From Rhizobium sp. F40D2 (GTDB lineage Bacteria > Pseudomonadota > Alphaproteobacteria > Rhizobiales > Rhizobiaceae): 64,000 nt of DNA. This document shows, one piece after another, positions 1 to 8,389 of this stretch (position 1 is its first letter; the number at the start of each line of letters is the position of its first letter). A program made the translations under genes and the position numbers. The stretch is from the NCBI RefSeq assembly GCF_051810745.1, contig NZ_JBPWQX010000004.1; one strand, given 5' to 3'. The notes beneath the pieces are model-generated. The model was given only the letters and a program-made list of their open reading frames with translations. It was not told where the DNA came from and ran no database searches.

Positions 1-65
1 ATCGTCATACGGCCAGCCGCTACCTTCGACAAAACTTCGATCCGCTGCAGGTCGCGCTCGCTCAT
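1..65 (-). CDS. partial 5' end (N-terminal ~21 aa) of an HTH/transposase-like gene continuing beyond the window start
   Basis: Reverse complement of 1-65 reads ATG...MSERDLQRIEVLSKVAAGRMT. This resembles the R-x-L-x-R-(L/I)-E-V N-terminal HTH of ISNCY/IS481-type transposase helper domains. Only 21 codons are visible. Confidence 0.25.
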   Translation of the reverse strand, partial: MSERDLQRIEVLSKVAAGRMT

Positions 66-115
66 CGCTATCAATCCCATCTGATCGTCTCCGCGTTATC
101 AAGCGCGGGGAGCGT

Positions 116-155
116 GACATTCTAACTTTGCTAAAGTAGGACATTCTAACTTTGC
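116..155. repeat. perfect 16-bp tandem direct repeat GACATTCTAACTTTGC x2, 24-bp period
   Basis: Copies at 116-131 and 140-155, read directly. A CCGCG-N8-CGCGG hairpin lies just upstream at 92-109. The repeat sits in a ~550-bp noncoding stretch next to the transposase-like start. Confidence 0.6.
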
Positions 156-589
156 GGCTACAGTTAAATGTGGCGTAATCTGTCTTATGGAACCTGCCGA
201 GGGAGACCTAGAACGATCGCCCGGCGCGAGGGCAACATGTGGCGGAGATTGCCAGTAGGGTTGCCGTAAGCACAGCGACAAGGTTAGGCCACCTCTACCG
301 TGCATCAGCCTTGTTTGGCGTGCTGGCGACCGCCGAAGACAGGTGCGCTTGTCCTTGGCATCCGTCATCATCTCGACAAAGCCATTACGGGCAAGAGGAC
401 GCACCGCATAGGTCAGAGCAGCCGACGCCACGCTGAGAAGCGACGTGAAGACTTAAAGCGCGGGTCGCTCGGCGAATGCTGTCATTGGTACGGGTGGACG
501 ATATTGGCGGCTCCGGCAAATATAAGGCGCATTCGAATCCCACGAGCGTAGCAACCAGTGCGGTAGGGCGATGCGGAAATTATTTTCCG

Positions 590-660
590 GTCGCCTCCTT
601 CTGACTCTTGAATATATATCATTATATAATATGTTATTTTATATATTGATTTATTGGAGG
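590..660 (+). promoter_or_regulatory. AT-rich promoter region of the blh-bigR operon with a putative BigR (ArsR-family) operator
   Basis: A ~70-bp stretch with <25% GC (TTGAATATATATCATTATATAATATGTTATTTTATATATTGATTTATTGGAGG) lies immediately upstream of blh. BigR is known to repress its own operon at an AT-rich dyad overlapping the -10. Confidence 0.4.
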
Positions 661-665
661 CGTTC

Positions 666-1964
666 ATGGCTCTAACCGCAATTTCTTTAAAACTGTCGGT
701 TTCTCCCCAGCCGAGCATCGAGGACATAGGTTCCCTGCGCGACCGAGGGTTTACGGCGCTCGTCAACAACCGGCCGAACGGGGATGAACCAGGCCAACCT
801 GGGTCCGACGCCGAGCGGGATGAGGCGCGCCGTCACGGCATGTCCTATGCCTATATCCCGGTGACGCTGGACAAGATAACCGAAGCGGATGTACGCGCTT
901 TTCAGTGGGCGCTCGACGAAGCGCCAGGGCCTGTCTTTGCCCATTGCAAATCAGGTACGCGTTCGCTGAACCTCTATCTGATCGGCGAGGTTCTCGATGG
1001 TCGACTTTCGGCCGACCAGGTCATCGAGTTTGGCAGAAGCCGTGGCTTCGATACCAGGACTGCCGCGCACTGGATTGAGAAGCAGGCCGCGCGCCGACCG
1101 CAGGTGAGGGGTTTTTTCGACCGGCGCACATGGAGCGTCCAATACGTGGTGTCTGATCCGACGACCCGCAAATGCGCGATTATCGATCCCGTTCTCGATT
1201 TCGATGAGAAGTCCGGGGCGACGGCAACCGGCAGCGCCGATGCCATCCTGGCGTATATCGTCGAGAATGAGCTAGTGGTTGAGTGGATTCTCGATACGCA
1301 CCCGCATGCCGATCACCTCTCTGCAGCCGATTATCTCAAGAAGAAGACCGGTGCCAGAACTGCGATCGGTGAGCATGTCGTGGATGTCCAGGCCCTGTGG
1401 AAGGGCATCTACAACTGGCCGGAGCTTGCCGTCGATGGCTCGCAATGGGACCGGCTTTTTGCACACGGCGAAAGCTTCGAACTTGGCTCGATCAATGCGA
1501 AGGTGCTGTTCTCACCCGGGCATACGCTGGCCTCGATTACTTACCTTATCGGCGACGCGGCGTTCGTGCACGACACGCTGTTCATGCCGGATAGCGGCAC
1601 GGCCCGCGCCGACTTCCCCGGCGGCGATGCCCGCCTGCTTTGGAAGTCGATTGAAGAAATCCTGGCGCTGCCGGACGAGACCCGCGTCTTCACCGGCCAC
1701 GACTATCAACCAGGCGGCCGCGCGCCGCGATGGGAAAGCACGGTGGCCGAGCAGAAGAAATCCAACCCTCATGTTGCTGGCATGACGGAGGACGCCTTCG
1801 TGGCGCTGCGCACCAAACGCGACACGACATTGCCGATGCCGAAGCTCATCCTGCATGCGCTGCAGGTGAATATCCGCGCCGGCCGCCTGCCGGAACCCGA
1901 AGCCAACGGCGCGCGCTACCTGAAGTTTCCGCTCAATGCGCTTGAAGGAGTGGCCTGGGAATGA
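666..1964 (+). CDS. blh: Blh, beta-lactamase-hydrolase-like protein: N-terminal DUF442/sulfurtransferase-phosphatase-like domain (HCKSGTRS) fused to an ETHE1-like metallo-beta-lactamase persulfide dioxygenase domain (HPHADH)
   Basis: The ORF track 654..1964 begins at TTG. ATG at 666 follows GGAGG at 656-660. Motifs CxxGxR and HxHxDH are present. Confidence 0.8.
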   Translation: MALTAISLKLSVSPQPSIEDIGSLRDRGFTALVNNRPNGDEPGQPGSDAERDEARRHGMSYAYIPVTLDKITEADVRAFQWALDEAPGPVFAHCKSGTRSLNLYLIGEVLDGRLSADQVIEFGRSRGFDTRTAAHWIEKQAARRPQVRGFFDRRTWSVQYVVSDPTTRKCAIIDPVLDFDEKSGATATGSADAILAYIVENELVVEWILDTHPHADHLSAADYLKKKTGARTAIGEHVVDVQALWKGIYNWPELAVDGSQWDRLFAHGESFELGSINAKVLFSPGHTLASITYLIGDAAFVHDTLFMPDSGTARADFPGGDARLLWKSIEEILALPDETRVFTGHDYQPGGRAPRWESTVAEQKKSNPHVAGMTEDAFVALRTKRDTTLPMPKLILHALQVNIRAGRLPEPEANGARYLKFPLNALEGVAWE

Positions 1965-2302
1965 CGCAGGTTAAAAAATCCATGCCGAAGGAATGGCTCT
2001 CCCGCGCCGAAATGGCCGACCGGGCCGACGATGTGGCGAATCTTCTGAAAACCCTCGCACACCCGGCACGCTTGATGATCGTCTGCACACTGGTGGACAG
2101 CGAATTTTCCGTCGGCGAACTCGAGGAAAAGGTCGATGTCCACCAACCGCATCTGTCGCAGCATCTCACCGTGCTGCGCGGCTCGGGCATCGTCGAAACG
2201 CGGCGTGAGGGAAAGCAGATTTTCTACCGCTTGACGGAGGAGAAGGCGGCGCAGCTGGTCGACGCGCTCTACGATATCTTCTGTGTGAAGGACGGCAAAT
2301 GA
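1961..2302 (+). CDS. bigR: ArsR/SmtB-family repressor BigR
   Basis: 113 aa with HTH (ELEEKVDVHQPHLSQHLTVLRGSGIV). The conserved Cys pair (C42 in LMIVCTL, C108 in IFCVKD) matches BigR redox-switch cysteines. Its ATGA start overlaps the blh stop. Confidence 0.8.
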   Translation: MTQVKKSMPKEWLSRAEMADRADDVANLLKTLAHPARLMIVCTLVDSEFSVGELEEKVDVHQPHLSQHLTVLRGSGIVETRREGKQIFYRLTEEKAAQLVDALYDIFCVKDGK

Positions 2303-2709
2303 ACACATATCTCCCTTCCCTCTTCGGCGGCATGCTGATCGGCGTCTCTGCTGTCATGCTTCTTCTTTTCAACGGCCGCATTGTGGGGATCAGTGGGATC
2401 GTTGGACGGCTCGCCCAGGGTGTTGGTGTTCAGACCAACCTGCCCTTCGTCTTCGGCTTGCTGCTCGGCCCGCTTCTCTATCTGCTTGTATTCGGGCGTT
2501 GGCCAACAGTTCAGATCACCGTCGGCTGGCCGCTTCTCATCGTCGCGGGCCTGCTTGTCGGTTTCGGCTCGCGCATGGGCTCGGGCTGCACGAGCGGGCA
2601 CGGCATAATGGGTCTAGCTCGCCTGTCTCCACGCTCCTTCGTGGCCGTCGCCATTTTCTTGACCGCTGGCGTAGTGGCGGTCACGGTCCTTCGATGTCTC
2701 GGATTATGA
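2299..2709 (+). CDS. YeeE/YedE (DUF395) sulfur-transport membrane protein, first half-size paralog
   Basis: 136 aa, hydrophobic, with the GCTSGHG motif typical of YeeE/YedE. Its ATGA start overlaps the bigR stop. Confidence 0.75.
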   Translation: MNTYLPSLFGGMLIGVSAVMLLLFNGRIVGISGIVGRLAQGVGVQTNLPFVFGLLLGPLLYLLVFGRWPTVQITVGWPLLIVAGLLVGFGSRMGSGCTSGHGIMGLARLSPRSFVAVAIFLTAGVVAVTVLRCLGL

Positions 2710-3137
2710 ACGGCAACATCTACAAAAGCGCGTCGGCGCTTGCCTCCGGCATTGTCTTCGGCTTCGGGCTGTCGCTGTCCGGCATGCTGAACCCGACGCG
2801 GGTCCAGGGCTTTCTGGACGTCTTTGGCGGCTGGGATCCAAGCCTCGCCTTCGTCCTTGGCGGAGCTGTCGTCGTCGCGTTCGCAGGCATGCAGATGGTG
2901 AAGCGGATGCATCGCCCAGCCTTCGATGGCCGTTTCCACATTCCGACCGGGCGGCGTATCGATGCTCCCCTCGTCGCCGGATCGGCGATCTTCGGCCTCG
3001 GCTGGGGTATCGGCGGCCTCTGCCCCGGCCCGGCCGTTGCATCCCTCCCGATCGGCTTTTCCTCGACCGCTGTGTTCGTGATCGCGATGCTGGCCGGAAT
3101 GGCGCTTTATGACAGGGTGTGGAGCCGTCGATCGTGA
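2706..3137 (+). CDS. YeeE/YedE (DUF395) membrane protein, second paralog
   Basis: The track ORF 2499..3137 uses an upstream alternative start. ATG at 2706 overlaps the preceding TGA as ATGA (2694 is also possible). It carries the GGLCPGPA motif. Confidence 0.65.
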   Translation: MNGNIYKSASALASGIVFGFGLSLSGMLNPTRVQGFLDVFGGWDPSLAFVLGGAVVVAFAGMQMVKRMHRPAFDGRFHIPTGRRIDAPLVAGSAIFGLGWGIGGLCPGPAVASLPIGFSSTAVFVIAMLAGMALYDRVWSRRS

Positions 3138-3898
3138 GCAACTCTGTCCTCGCAGCAGTCAGTTCCGGCGGCCTGGTGGGCTTCATGCTCGGGCTGCTTG
3201 GTGGCGGCGGCTCCATTCTGGCGACACCCTTGCTCCTCTACGTTGTCGGCGTTGCTCAACCGCATATAGCGATCGGCACGGGGGCTCTGGCGGTGTCGGC
3301 AAATGCCTTCGCGAATTTCGTGAGCCATGCATACAAAGGACACGTCTGGTGGCGGTGCGCAATCGTGTTTTCCGTTTTCGGCGTCATTGGCGCCTTTGCC
3401 GGGTCGAGCCTTGGCAAGGCGATGGATGGGGGCCGTCTGATGTTCCTGTTCGGCCTTCTAATGATCGTAATCGGCCTTCTGATGTTGAAGCCGAAAAAAA
3501 CGGTCGTGGAACGGTCTCGACCGGTCGACCTGAAGATGTGCCTCGCTACCGCCGCCGTAGCCCTTGCCACTGGCACAGCATCCGGTTTCTTCGGCATAGG
3601 CGGAGGATTTCTTATCGTGCCTGGTCTGATGATGGCGACAGGCATGCCGATGATCGATGCGATCGGAACCTCTCTGCTGGCAGTCGGCGTATTTGGACTG
3701 GCGACCGCTTTGAACTATGCCTTGTCAGGCTTCGTGGACTGGCGGCTGGCCGGCGAGTTCATCGGTGGCGGTATCATTGGCGGCGTGCTAGGCATGCTGG
3801 GGGCGACACGCCTGAGCGCTCGCCGGAATGTCCTCAACCGTGTCTTCGCTGCTCTGGTCTTCACAGTTGCGGGCTATATGATCTTTCAGCAGTCATGA
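3119..3898 (+). CDS. TauE/SafE family sulfite exporter
   Basis: 259 aa, about 8 TM helices, with duplicated GxGGG motifs (LGGGGSIL, GIGGGFLIVP). The GTG at 3119 is from the track. GTG at 3134 overlapping the upstream TGA as GTGA is an alternative start. Confidence 0.75.
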   Translation: MEPSIVSNSVLAAVSSGGLVGFMLGLLGGGGSILATPLLLYVVGVAQPHIAIGTGALAVSANAFANFVSHAYKGHVWWRCAIVFSVFGVIGAFAGSSLGKAMDGGRLMFLFGLLMIVIGLLMLKPKKTVVERSRPVDLKMCLATAAVALATGTASGFFGIGGGFLIVPGLMMATGMPMIDAIGTSLLAVGVFGLATALNYALSGFVDWRLAGEFIGGGIIGGVLGMLGATRLSARRNVLNRVFAALVFTVAGYMIFQQS

Positions 3899-4271
3899 TC
3901 ATTCGCTTGGATCGCGGCCGACGAGGCTCATCCGAATCTGGTTCGGCTTTGGCCCAGAGCTGAACCAGAGGGCGCGCCTGTGTGGAAGGCATGGCCTAGC
4001 CACGTGCAATGTCGCAAGAACCTAGGTCCATATTTCGCGGCCACATGATTTTCCGATCCAGCGACGATTTTTCATTGCGAAACGCAGGAAATCAATAGCC
4101 TAGGGATGCCGGGGCGATACTTGCCCGTTTACCCCGCCAACCACGGCGGCGGCCGCCACCACGGTAAGATTCAACTCTTCGCGAATCGCAGGACCGTTGC
4201 GAACCCTTTCAACAAACTTTCGGAAGGCTGGCGCGTTAATCTCGCGCAGCGGCGACGCAGAGGAAATGCTG

Positions 4272-5093
4272 ATGAGCAAAGGCTTTCGATTTGATGTGCT
4301 CGCCAAGGGCGGCTACACGGCGCGCGGCGTCGTTTTTCTGCTGATAGCCGGGCTTGCGCTCTTCTCCGGCGTCGCCGGCGGCCGACCGGAAACGAAATCG
4401 GCGCTCTCGACGCTGCTTGCGCAGCCGTTCGGCCGGATCTGGGTCGGAATGATCGGTCTTGGACTTCTCGGATTTGTCGCCTGGAGGCTGGCCCAGTCCT
4501 TGGCGGATAGTGACGGCCACGGCAGGGACGGAAAGGCACTGGTGATTCGGGCAGCACTCCTCGGCAGCGCCATCACCTATCTCGGGCTTGCCGGATATGC
4601 CCTCAGTCGTGCCATCTTCCTAGGCGGCGGGAGTGAAGGTTCGGGTGAGAAGGGGCTGGCGGGATGGATCATGTCGCAGCCGTTCGGGTCCTACCTTGCG
4701 ATCGCTGTTGGGGCCGGCTTTGTCATCGGCGGCATCGTAACGATCGTAAAGGGCATCAACCGGAAGTTCGAGCGCTACGTCAAGATACCCGACAGCAAGG
4801 GTATCGTGGCTTTGATATGCGTTTACGGTCTCGTCGCCCGCGGCGTAGTGTTCGCGATCACGGGGATACTTTTCGCCTATGCCGGCGTCCGGGTGGATCC
4901 GCAGCAGGCCGGCAGCATGGGCGATGCCCTGGAATGGGTCCGCCAGCTTCCGTTCGGATCCTTCCTCTACATCGCCGTCGCCGCCGGATTGGCCGCCTTC
5001 GGAATATACAACCTTGTCGAGGCACGGTACCGCGTCATTTCCCACCCGTCATTGGCAGACGCCAGGCGTTCAATTCCGCTGGCACGCCCCTGA
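4272..5093 (+). CDS. DUF1206 domain membrane protein
   Basis: Three repeats of the ARGVV(F/Y)-hydrophobic helix motif are present. ATG at 4272 is preceded by GAGGAAA. The track start 4197 lies upstream in-frame. Confidence 0.6.
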   Translation: MSKGFRFDVLAKGGYTARGVVFLLIAGLALFSGVAGGRPETKSALSTLLAQPFGRIWVGMIGLGLLGFVAWRLAQSLADSDGHGRDGKALVIRAALLGSAITYLGLAGYALSRAIFLGGGSEGSGEKGLAGWIMSQPFGSYLAIAVGAGFVIGGIVTIVKGINRKFERYVKIPDSKGIVALICVYGLVARGVVFAITGILFAYAGVRVDPQQAGSMGDALEWVRQLPFGSFLYIAVAAGLAAFGIYNLVEARYRVISHPSLADARRSIPLARP

Positions 5094-5292
5094 AACAGCT
5101 TTGTCAGCAGTTGACTTCCCTCCACTGAAGCCATGGAGCTGCCATTGCCCCCGCCTTCATCCGCGGTTTGCAGAGCGACACTTGTTTTTCGTCTTTTCGT
5201 TGTATTTTTTGCGTCGATCTTTGGCATTTTAACAAAGCCCATATGGTTTCGTTAGGCCCGCTTTGGCACCCTCCCCGCACCTTGGAGATGCC

Positions 5293-7617
5293 ATGTTCAC
5301 TGTGCTTTCATGTATCGCCGACCAGCATGACTGGACGTTGCTTTTCGTCGCCCTGTCGATCTGCTGCTTCGGCAGCCTGACGGCCGTCTTCATGCTGACG
5401 CGTGCGCAGGAATGTGTGCGCCACCATCACCACTACTGGCTTATCGCCGCTGCCGTCGTTCTTGGCGCCAGCACCTGGGCAACCCATTTTATCGCGATGC
5501 TGGCCTATGCCGGACCGGTGCCGATCGGCTACGACGGTCCTCTGATCATTCTGTCGATCATCGCCGCCATCGTACTGTTTGCGGTGGCGGTTGAAATTGC
5601 TTTTAAGAATGGCGGCCAGCTTGTCCAGGCGTCCGGCGGGGTCCTGTTCGGCGTTGCCATTTCGGCAATGCATTTCGTGGGGTTGCTCGCCATCACGCCG
5701 TTCAGCATGGTTTCGCTCGCTTTCGACAAATCGATCGTCGCCTGTGCGTTGGCAATCGGCTTCGGCATCGTTGCGGTTGTGGTCGTGCGGCATAGCGCCG
5801 GCAGGCGTTTCTATATTTTTACCGGCGCGGCGTGCATCGTCCTGGCGATCTGCAACCTCCACACCGTGTCGATGAGCGGTGTCCAGATCACCCCTTCCGC
5901 CGAGCCTGTCCATGCCGATCTGTCCTCCGTCGATCGGATCGCCATCGCCATTGCCGTCTCGATCATCTCCACCTTGATCCTGCTCGGAGCCGCCGCAGCG
6001 CTGTTCCTCGATCGTCATCTGACCGATCTGCGCGGGTTGGCGAATGCCTCGTTCGAAGGGCTCGTCATCACCCAGGAAAATGTCGTCATCGATCTCAACG
6101 AGAAATTCGCCGTGATGGCCGGCAAAGCACCCGCGCTTCTGAAAGGCCAACGGGTCGAGGCGGTGCTTGCGATCGAAAGACGCCTTGGCATCGACACCTG
6201 CCAGGGAGCGGTGTTGTGCGACGGCCAGGAGACGATTCCGGTCGAGATCCTTGATCGGACGATCGAATATCGCGGGCGCGAGTGCCAGGTGATCGCCGTG
6301 CGCGATCTGACGGAACGCCGTGAGGCGAGCCGCAGGATCGAGCATATGGCGCGCCACGACCCATTGACCGGCCTGGCGAACCGCCGCGAGTTCGATCAGC
6401 GTTTCGAGATGGCGATTGCCGCCGCTGCTGCAACACCAGGCGGGCTGGCGCTGCTTGCCCTCGATCTCGACCGTTTCAAACTCGTCAATGACACATTCGG
6501 CCACGCCGAGGGGGACGCGGTTCTGCAGCGCGTCGCCCAAGTCTTGGTCCGGACCTTGCCGGCCGATGTTACGATCGCCCGCATGGGAGGAGACGAATTC
6601 TGCATCATCCTGGAAAACGCGTCCCGCCAACAGACGGAAGCGTTGTCGGCCGATCTGCAGAAGGCCTTCGCGCAGGAGTTCGCAGATCTCGCGACCTCTT
6701 CGGGATTCGGCGCCAGCATCGGCATTGCGTTGTACCCGGAGCATGGCGTTACCGATCGGCGGCTGCGAAACAACGCCGACATGGCCCTTTACAGGGCCAA
6801 GAGCGGCGGCCGCGGCAGAGCCTGCACATTCGAGGCGGCGATGGACATTGAACTGCATGCCAAGCGGCAACTCGAGCACGATCTGCGGCACGCACTCGCC
6901 AAAGGGGAGCTGTTTCTGGTCTACCAGAGGATCGTCGACACCTCTTCGCAAGAACCGTGCGGCTACGAGGCGCTGCTGCGCTGGCGCCATACAAGCAGAG
7001 GCGTCCTCGCACCGGCGGACTTCATCGCTGCCGCCGAAGAAACCGGCTGCATCATCCCCATCGGGATCTGGGTTCTAGAAGAAGCCTGCAGCGAGGCAGC
7101 CTCGTGGAAAACCCCGCTGTCGATCGCGGTCAACATCTCGCCGGTTCAGTTCCTGATGCCGAACCTGGTGGAGCAGTTCTCGCAAATTCTTGCAAGAACG
7201 GGGCTGCAGCCTGACCGGCTGGAGCTCGAGATCACCGAGACGGCGCTGTTTCACGATCGGGCTGCCGTCCTTTCCACGCTCGGTCAGCTGCGCGCAATGG
7301 GGATCCGGGTCGTCCTCGACGACTTCGGGACCGGTTATTCCTCGCTTGCCAATCTCCGGGATTTTCCGTTCGACAAGCTGAAGATCGATCGGCGTTTCCT
7401 TGCCGGCATCGGCGCCGATCCAACCATCAGAGCGCTGTTTGAGAATGTCATCGAGATGGCCTCGACGCTCAACCTGCCGGTGATTGCCGAAGGGGTCGAG
7501 ACGCAGGAGCAGCTTGCGATCCTTCATGCAAGCCAGCCGGCCCAGATGCAGGGCTTCCTGTTCGGCAAGCCTGAGGCAGCGCCGAGCAGCCGCGCTCCCT
7601 TGAAAGCCATCGCCTGA
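5293..7617 (+). CDS. MHYT-domain membrane sensor fused to GGDEF diguanylate cyclase and EAL phosphodiesterase
   Basis: The N-terminus has 6 TM helices with repeated MH(F/Y) motifs (ATHFIAM, AMHFVGL). The GGDEF motif is RMGGDEFCIIL, and EALLRW and DDFGTGYSS mark the EAL domain. ATG at 5293 follows GGAG. The track start 5263 is TTG. Confidence 0.8.
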   Translation: MFTVLSCIADQHDWTLLFVALSICCFGSLTAVFMLTRAQECVRHHHHYWLIAAAVVLGASTWATHFIAMLAYAGPVPIGYDGPLIILSIIAAIVLFAVAVEIAFKNGGQLVQASGGVLFGVAISAMHFVGLLAITPFSMVSLAFDKSIVACALAIGFGIVAVVVVRHSAGRRFYIFTGAACIVLAICNLHTVSMSGVQITPSAEPVHADLSSVDRIAIAIAVSIISTLILLGAAAALFLDRHLTDLRGLANASFEGLVITQENVVIDLNEKFAVMAGKAPALLKGQRVEAVLAIERRLGIDTCQGAVLCDGQETIPVEILDRTIEYRGRECQVIAVRDLTERREASRRIEHMARHDPLTGLANRREFDQRFEMAIAAAAATPGGLALLALDLDRFKLVNDTFGHAEGDAVLQRVAQVLVRTLPADVTIARMGGDEFCIILENASRQQTEALSADLQKAFAQEFADLATSSGFGASIGIALYPEHGVTDRRLRNNADMALYRAKSGGRGRACTFEAAMDIELHAKRQLEHDLRHALAKGELFLVYQRIVDTSSQEPCGYEALLRWRHTSRGVLAPADFIAAAEETGCIIPIGIWVLEEACSEAASWKTPLSIAVNISPVQFLMPNLVEQFSQILARTGLQPDRLELEITETALFHDRAAVLSTLGQLRAMGIRVVLDDFGTGYSSLANLRDFPFDKLKIDRRFLAGIGADPTIRALFENVIEMASTLNLPVIAEGVETQEQLAILHASQPAQMQGFLFGKPEAAPSSRAPLKAIA

Positions 7618-7634
7618 CCCTTGCGGGCGGAATG

Positions 7635-7654
7635 GTCGCTGTTCAAACAGCGAC
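7635..7654. terminator. convergent-gene hairpin (9-bp stem GTCGCTGTT/AACAGCGAC, 2-nt loop), no U-tract
   Basis: Read directly between the + strand GGDEF-EAL gene stop and the - strand response-regulator stop. Confidence 0.3.
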
Positions 7655-8376
7655 TACTTTCCGTCGAGCCACTCCTGCAGCTCTGCTTCGGCCCGCTCCA
7701 GGGCGCTGTAGTTCAGGAGCTTGCGCAGGAAAGCGACGGTGATGGCGCGGGCGCGGAGGTTGAAGCGGCCGTCCTCATGGTCGTCGCCAGCGCTCTGGTA
7801 GACGTCGAGCTTGTCGTAGAGCTGCTGCAGGCGGTTCTGCACGCTGCGCAGCGACAGGCCCCGGCGTTTGGCGATCGCCCGATCGGTCAGACCCAGCGCG
7901 ATATCGACGAGGATCTCGTATTCGGAATCGGTAAAGCCGTTGGTCTGGCCGAGGCTTTTCTGCTGCAGGCCGCGCACCTCGCGGTCGATGACGCATTGGC
8001 TCTCGATGAAGATCGAGCGCAGCGCCAGCTTCAGCCGCTCATCCGAGGCGGATTTCAGCACATAGCCGTAGGCGGCGCCATCCGGCACTATGCGCGAGAC
8101 GCCGCGCACATAGGCCTCGTCGGAATAGTTCGACCAGAACAGGATGCGGGTCTCCGGCCGCTCCTTCCAGATGGTGCGCGCCGCCTCGATGCCGTTGCGG
8201 CTCGCCATCTGCAAGTCCATGACGATATGCGCCGACTTGTGGTCGCGGGCGAGCTTCTCGCCGACCGTTCCGTTCTCGGCCTCGATCACCGTGTCGCATT
8301 CCGGCAGGGCGGCGTTGACCGCCTCGTGCAGATAGGAGCGGTGCAGCGGGTCGTCCTCGACGATCAGAACCTTCAT
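7654..8376 (-). CDS. NarL/FixJ (LuxR-type HTH) family response regulator
   Basis: A REC domain (VEDD...IVMDLQM) plus a LuxR HTH (LTDRAIAKRRGLSLRSVQNRL). ATG at 8376 is preceded by GAGGAG. Confidence 0.8.
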   Translation of the reverse strand: MKVLIVEDDPLHRSYLHEAVNAALPECDTVIEAENGTVGEKLARDHKSAHIVMDLQMASRNGIEAARTIWKERPETRILFWSNYSDEAYVRGVSRIVPDGAAYGYVLKSASDERLKLALRSIFIESQCVIDREVRGLQQKSLGQTNGFTDSEYEILVDIALGLTDRAIAKRRGLSLRSVQNRLQQLYDKLDVYQSAGDDHEDGRFNLRARAITVAFLRKLLNYSALERAEAELQEWLDGK

Positions 8377-8389
8377 TGCGCGTTTCTCC

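Noticed and set aside
505-548. tRNA-like T-loop/acceptor motif (TTCGAATCCCACGAGCGTAGCAACCA)
   Set aside because: No complementary 5' T-stem, anticodon arm or D-arm could be folded by eye. It is kept only as a possible integration-scar remnant, not a tRNA gene.
99-551. Track ORFs 99..431(-), 239..436(+), 300..551(+) in the leader region upstream of blh
   Set aside because: They overlap one another and lie in a noncoding stretch that contains the tandem repeats and the AT-rich promoter. They have no RBS, use alternative starts, and are typical high-GC spurious frames.
5308-6990. 560-aa minus-strand ORF antisense to the MHYT-GGDEF-EAL gene
   Set aside because: It is a long antisense open frame caused by GC3 bias. 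The sense strand encodes a protein with clear GGDEF and EAL motifs, and the antisense product has a low-complexity Arg/Gly/Asp-rich composition.
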